Sequence record: SRR22947727_1198
Length of the DNA: 49,285 bases
Strand: one strand, 5' to 3'
Shown here: positions 47,563-49,285 of the stretch, piece after piece
How the letters are laid out: every line of letters starts with the position of its first letter
Numbering within the stretch: the first letter of the stretch is position 1
Program-made: the position numbers and the translations under genes
The notes under the pieces: generated by a model
What the model was told of the DNA's origin: nothing
Database searches by the model: none
The model's input: only the letters and a program-made list of their open reading frames with translations

Positions 47563-48954
47563 TCAGTCAAAAATGAGCCCAGGGTTGAGGATGCCTTTGG
47601 GATCCAGAGAGTTTTTGAATTGTTTCATCAAGGCGATTTCGGCTTCTGATCGACATATATTGAGCCAAGCTTTCTTTTCTATCCCGATACCGTGCTCGGC
47701 CGATACAGAACCAGCGTATTTTGTCAGTGGTGTGTAGACGAGTTCATCAGAACGACCGTGCAAATCTTTGTCGCCTTGGCGTGGCACCACAAACAAATGA
47801 AGATTGCCATCACCGATATGACCTAAGACATAGCAGGCGCCATTCGGCCATTCTGCGCTCATGGAATTCTGAACCTCTTCGATATAGGTGTGCATATACT
47901 TGATTGGCAGGCTAACATCATAAAGATAATATGGTTTTTGTACGGTGATGGCTTCGAAATCTTCACGGATATTCCAGACGTCTTCCCGTTCCCGATCCGA
48001 TTGAGGAAGTATCGCGTCAAGGATGAGCTCTTTCCCCAAGGCGGTTTCCAAGACTCCTGTGAACTGTTCACCGTCCCGGTCCGGATCGGTACCATCGCAT
48101 TCGACCACAACATAAAAGCTAAAATCTCGCGACATGGGTGATTTATGCCATCCCTCTGCCGTCACGGCTCGGTAATAATTTCCCCACATCACTTCATAGG
48201 CAGACAGTGTGCTTCCCATTTTCGATTTCATCAATGAGAGTACTTCGGTGACTTTGGAAAAATCTTCAAGAGCAATCAAGGCCGTGCTTTGGCTTTTGTG
48301 TGCCAGCTCCAGTTTTACGATAACGCGGGTGACAATCCCAAGTGTGCCTTCGGAGCCGATAAACAGCTGTTTGAGATCATAACCTGAATTGTTTTTCAGC
48401 ATTTTATTCATGCAAGAAATAATCGTGCCATCCGCCAGGACCGCCTCCAACCCAAGCACAAGATTGCGCATCATTCCGTAGCGGATGACATTGATGCCGC
48501 CGGCATTAGTTGCTATATTCCCGCCGATCGTGCAACTGCCGCGAGCCCCGAGATCGAGCGGGAAATACAGGCCTGCATCAGCAATTTTTTCTTGAACGGT
48601 TTGCAATACCGCACCAGCCTGTATGGTCGCAGTGCTTCCTACTTTATCGATTTCTTCAATTGCATTCATACGTTCGAGCGAGATGACGATATGATCTCGA
48701 TTGGTCACTGCGCCTTCGACGCAGCCCGACAGTCCGCCATGTGTAATGACAGTTTGTCCTGTCGCGTGACAAAGTTTGAGTGCGTCACTGACCTCTTGTG
48801 TCGTCTTAGGACGCACGAGTGCTTTGGCTTGCATTGGTGACGCGTCCCAGAAACTCGAGGCACGCTCGGCGACTTGATCGGGCAATAGAACGGCTTCCGT
48901 TCCAAGCAATTTTACGAGTTTGTCGACGATATCCACCAAATGCCCGACAGTCAC
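47563..48954 (-). CDS. FAD-binding oxidoreductase (GlcD/D-2-hydroxyacid dehydrogenase family)
   Basis: GSCTIGGNIATNAGG, GYDLKQLFIGSEGTLG, GHIGDGNLH, SAEHGIG, LDPKGILNPG; GTG start. Confidence 0.93.
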   Translation of the reverse strand: MTVGHLVDIVDKLVKLLGTEAVLLPDQVAERASSFWDASPMQAKALVRPKTTQEVSDALKLCHATGQTVITHGGLSGCVEGAVTNRDHIVISLERMNAIEEIDKVGSTATIQAGAVLQTVQEKIADAGLYFPLDLGARGSCTIGGNIATNAGGINVIRYGMMRNLVLGLEAVLADGTIISCMNKMLKNNSGYDLKQLFIGSEGTLGIVTRVIVKLELAHKSQSTALIALEDFSKVTEVLSLMKSKMGSTLSAYEVMWGNYYRAVTAEGWHKSPMSRDFSFYVVVECDGTDPDRDGEQFTGVLETALGKELILDAILPQSDREREDVWNIREDFEAITVQKPYYLYDVSLPIKYMHTYIEEVQNSMSAEWPNGACYVLGHIGDGNLHLFVVPRQGDKDLHGRSDELVYTPLTKYAGSVSAEHGIGIEKKAWLNICRSEAEIALMKQFKNSLDPKGILNPGLIFD

Positions 48955-48957
48955 TCC

Positions 48958-49092
48958 CTATCCCCAAACCTGTCCATAAACCCGCATGAGATTTCCACCG
49001 AGTACTTTTTTGATATCGGCGTCAGAATACCCACTCTCCCACATGAGGTCGACAATGGCCGGATAAATTTTTGCCGCTTCGGCAGATCCCGC
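48958..49092 (-). pseudogene. 3' remnant of a membrane (M19/renal-type) dipeptidase gene
   Basis: Manual translation AGSAEAAKIYPAIVDLMWESGYSDADIKKVLGGNLMRVYGQVWG*, matching the M19 C-terminal GY...I.K.LGGN.RV pattern; upstream in-frame TAA at 49108-49110. Confidence 0.72.
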
Positions 49093-49129
49093 CGGCTTGT
49101 TTTTGGCTTAGGCATTGAAAGTCCCATTT

Positions 49130-49165
49130 TGTGTTACAAAATGTGTGACAAATTGTGTTACAAAA
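49130..49165. repeat. 3 x 12-bp tandem repeat, candidate integrase arm-type sites
   Basis: TGTGTTACAAAA / TGTGTGACAAAT / TGTGTTACAAAA about 70-105 bp inside the att repeat. Confidence 0.75.
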
Positions 49166-49186
49166 TGCGCGAGCTGCAGATACATG

Positions 49187-49215
49187 AAAACCTCAGTTTG
49201 TAAAAACTGAGGTTT
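49187..49215 (-). terminator. Hairpin terminator downstream of the tRNA
   Basis: Perfect 12-bp stem AAACCTCAGTTT (49188-49199)/AAACTGAGGTTT (49204-49215), 4-nt loop. Confidence 0.7.
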
Positions 49216-49249
49216 ATCATATACTTAATCAATTGTCCATTCCGAGAAA

Positions 49250-49285
49250 TGGCGCGAGTGACGGGACTCGAACCCGCGGCCTCCG
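49250..49285 (-). tRNA. tRNA 3' half, probably tRNA-Asp (partial; runs off the window)
   Basis: Minus strand CGGAGGCCGCGGGTTCGAGTCCCGTCACTCGCGCCA: T-arm GGTTCGAGTCC, discriminator G, encoded CCA; anticodon lies outside the window, so the isotype is inferred from recalled alphaproteobacterial tRNA-Asp 3' ends. Confidence 0.88.

Larger units (their letters stand above)
46433..49263. mobile_element. Integrase-less genomic islet at the tRNA 3' end
   Basis: Flanking att repeats, GC about 50% versus about one-third in the flank (line counts), truncated genes at both ends. Confidence 0.8.

Noticed and set aside
49130-49165. CRISPR array or iterons
   Set aside because: Only 3 x 12 bp with no spacers and no cas or rep gene; position next to att fits arm sites.

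Overview
AT-rich (about one-third GC by eye) alphaproteobacterial chromosome segment; the ccrM-mutY-dciA-dsbA block and overall gene content suggest a streamlined marine Caulobacterales/Hyphomonadales-type organism (inference). Three parts. (1) ~0.1-38.4 kb is a dense catabolic island: TonB-dependent receptor, 2 PQQ dehydrogenases, E1-only AcoAB-like pair, 2 Rieske oxygenase alpha subunits, a P450, a molybdoenzyme, 6 SDRs, 3 enone reductases, 3 acyl-CoA dehydrogenase-family genes, an APH kinase with a small partner (LvaABC/ACAD10-11-like), thiolase-DUF35 and a CoA ligase. It has one regulator, a LuxR solo with a non-AHL-type pocket. About 11 lux-box-like 20-mers (CY-N12-AG) lie in the island's promoter regions, suggesting one LuxR regulon. 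(2) ~38.4-46.3 kb is housekeeping (nucleotidase, PsiE-like, ccrM, mutY, dciA, dsbA, galTKE). (3) ~46.3-49.3 kb is a ~50% GC islet bounded by a direct repeat of the 3' end of a tRNA (probably Asp). It has no integrase but has integrase arm-like tandem repeats, and carries foreign chromosomal DNA cut through genes at both ends (3' remnant of an M19 dipeptidase, intact FAD oxidoreductase, aminotransferase apparently truncated at a tRNA-like pseudo-att site). All calls come from reading motifs by eye; no database searches were run.
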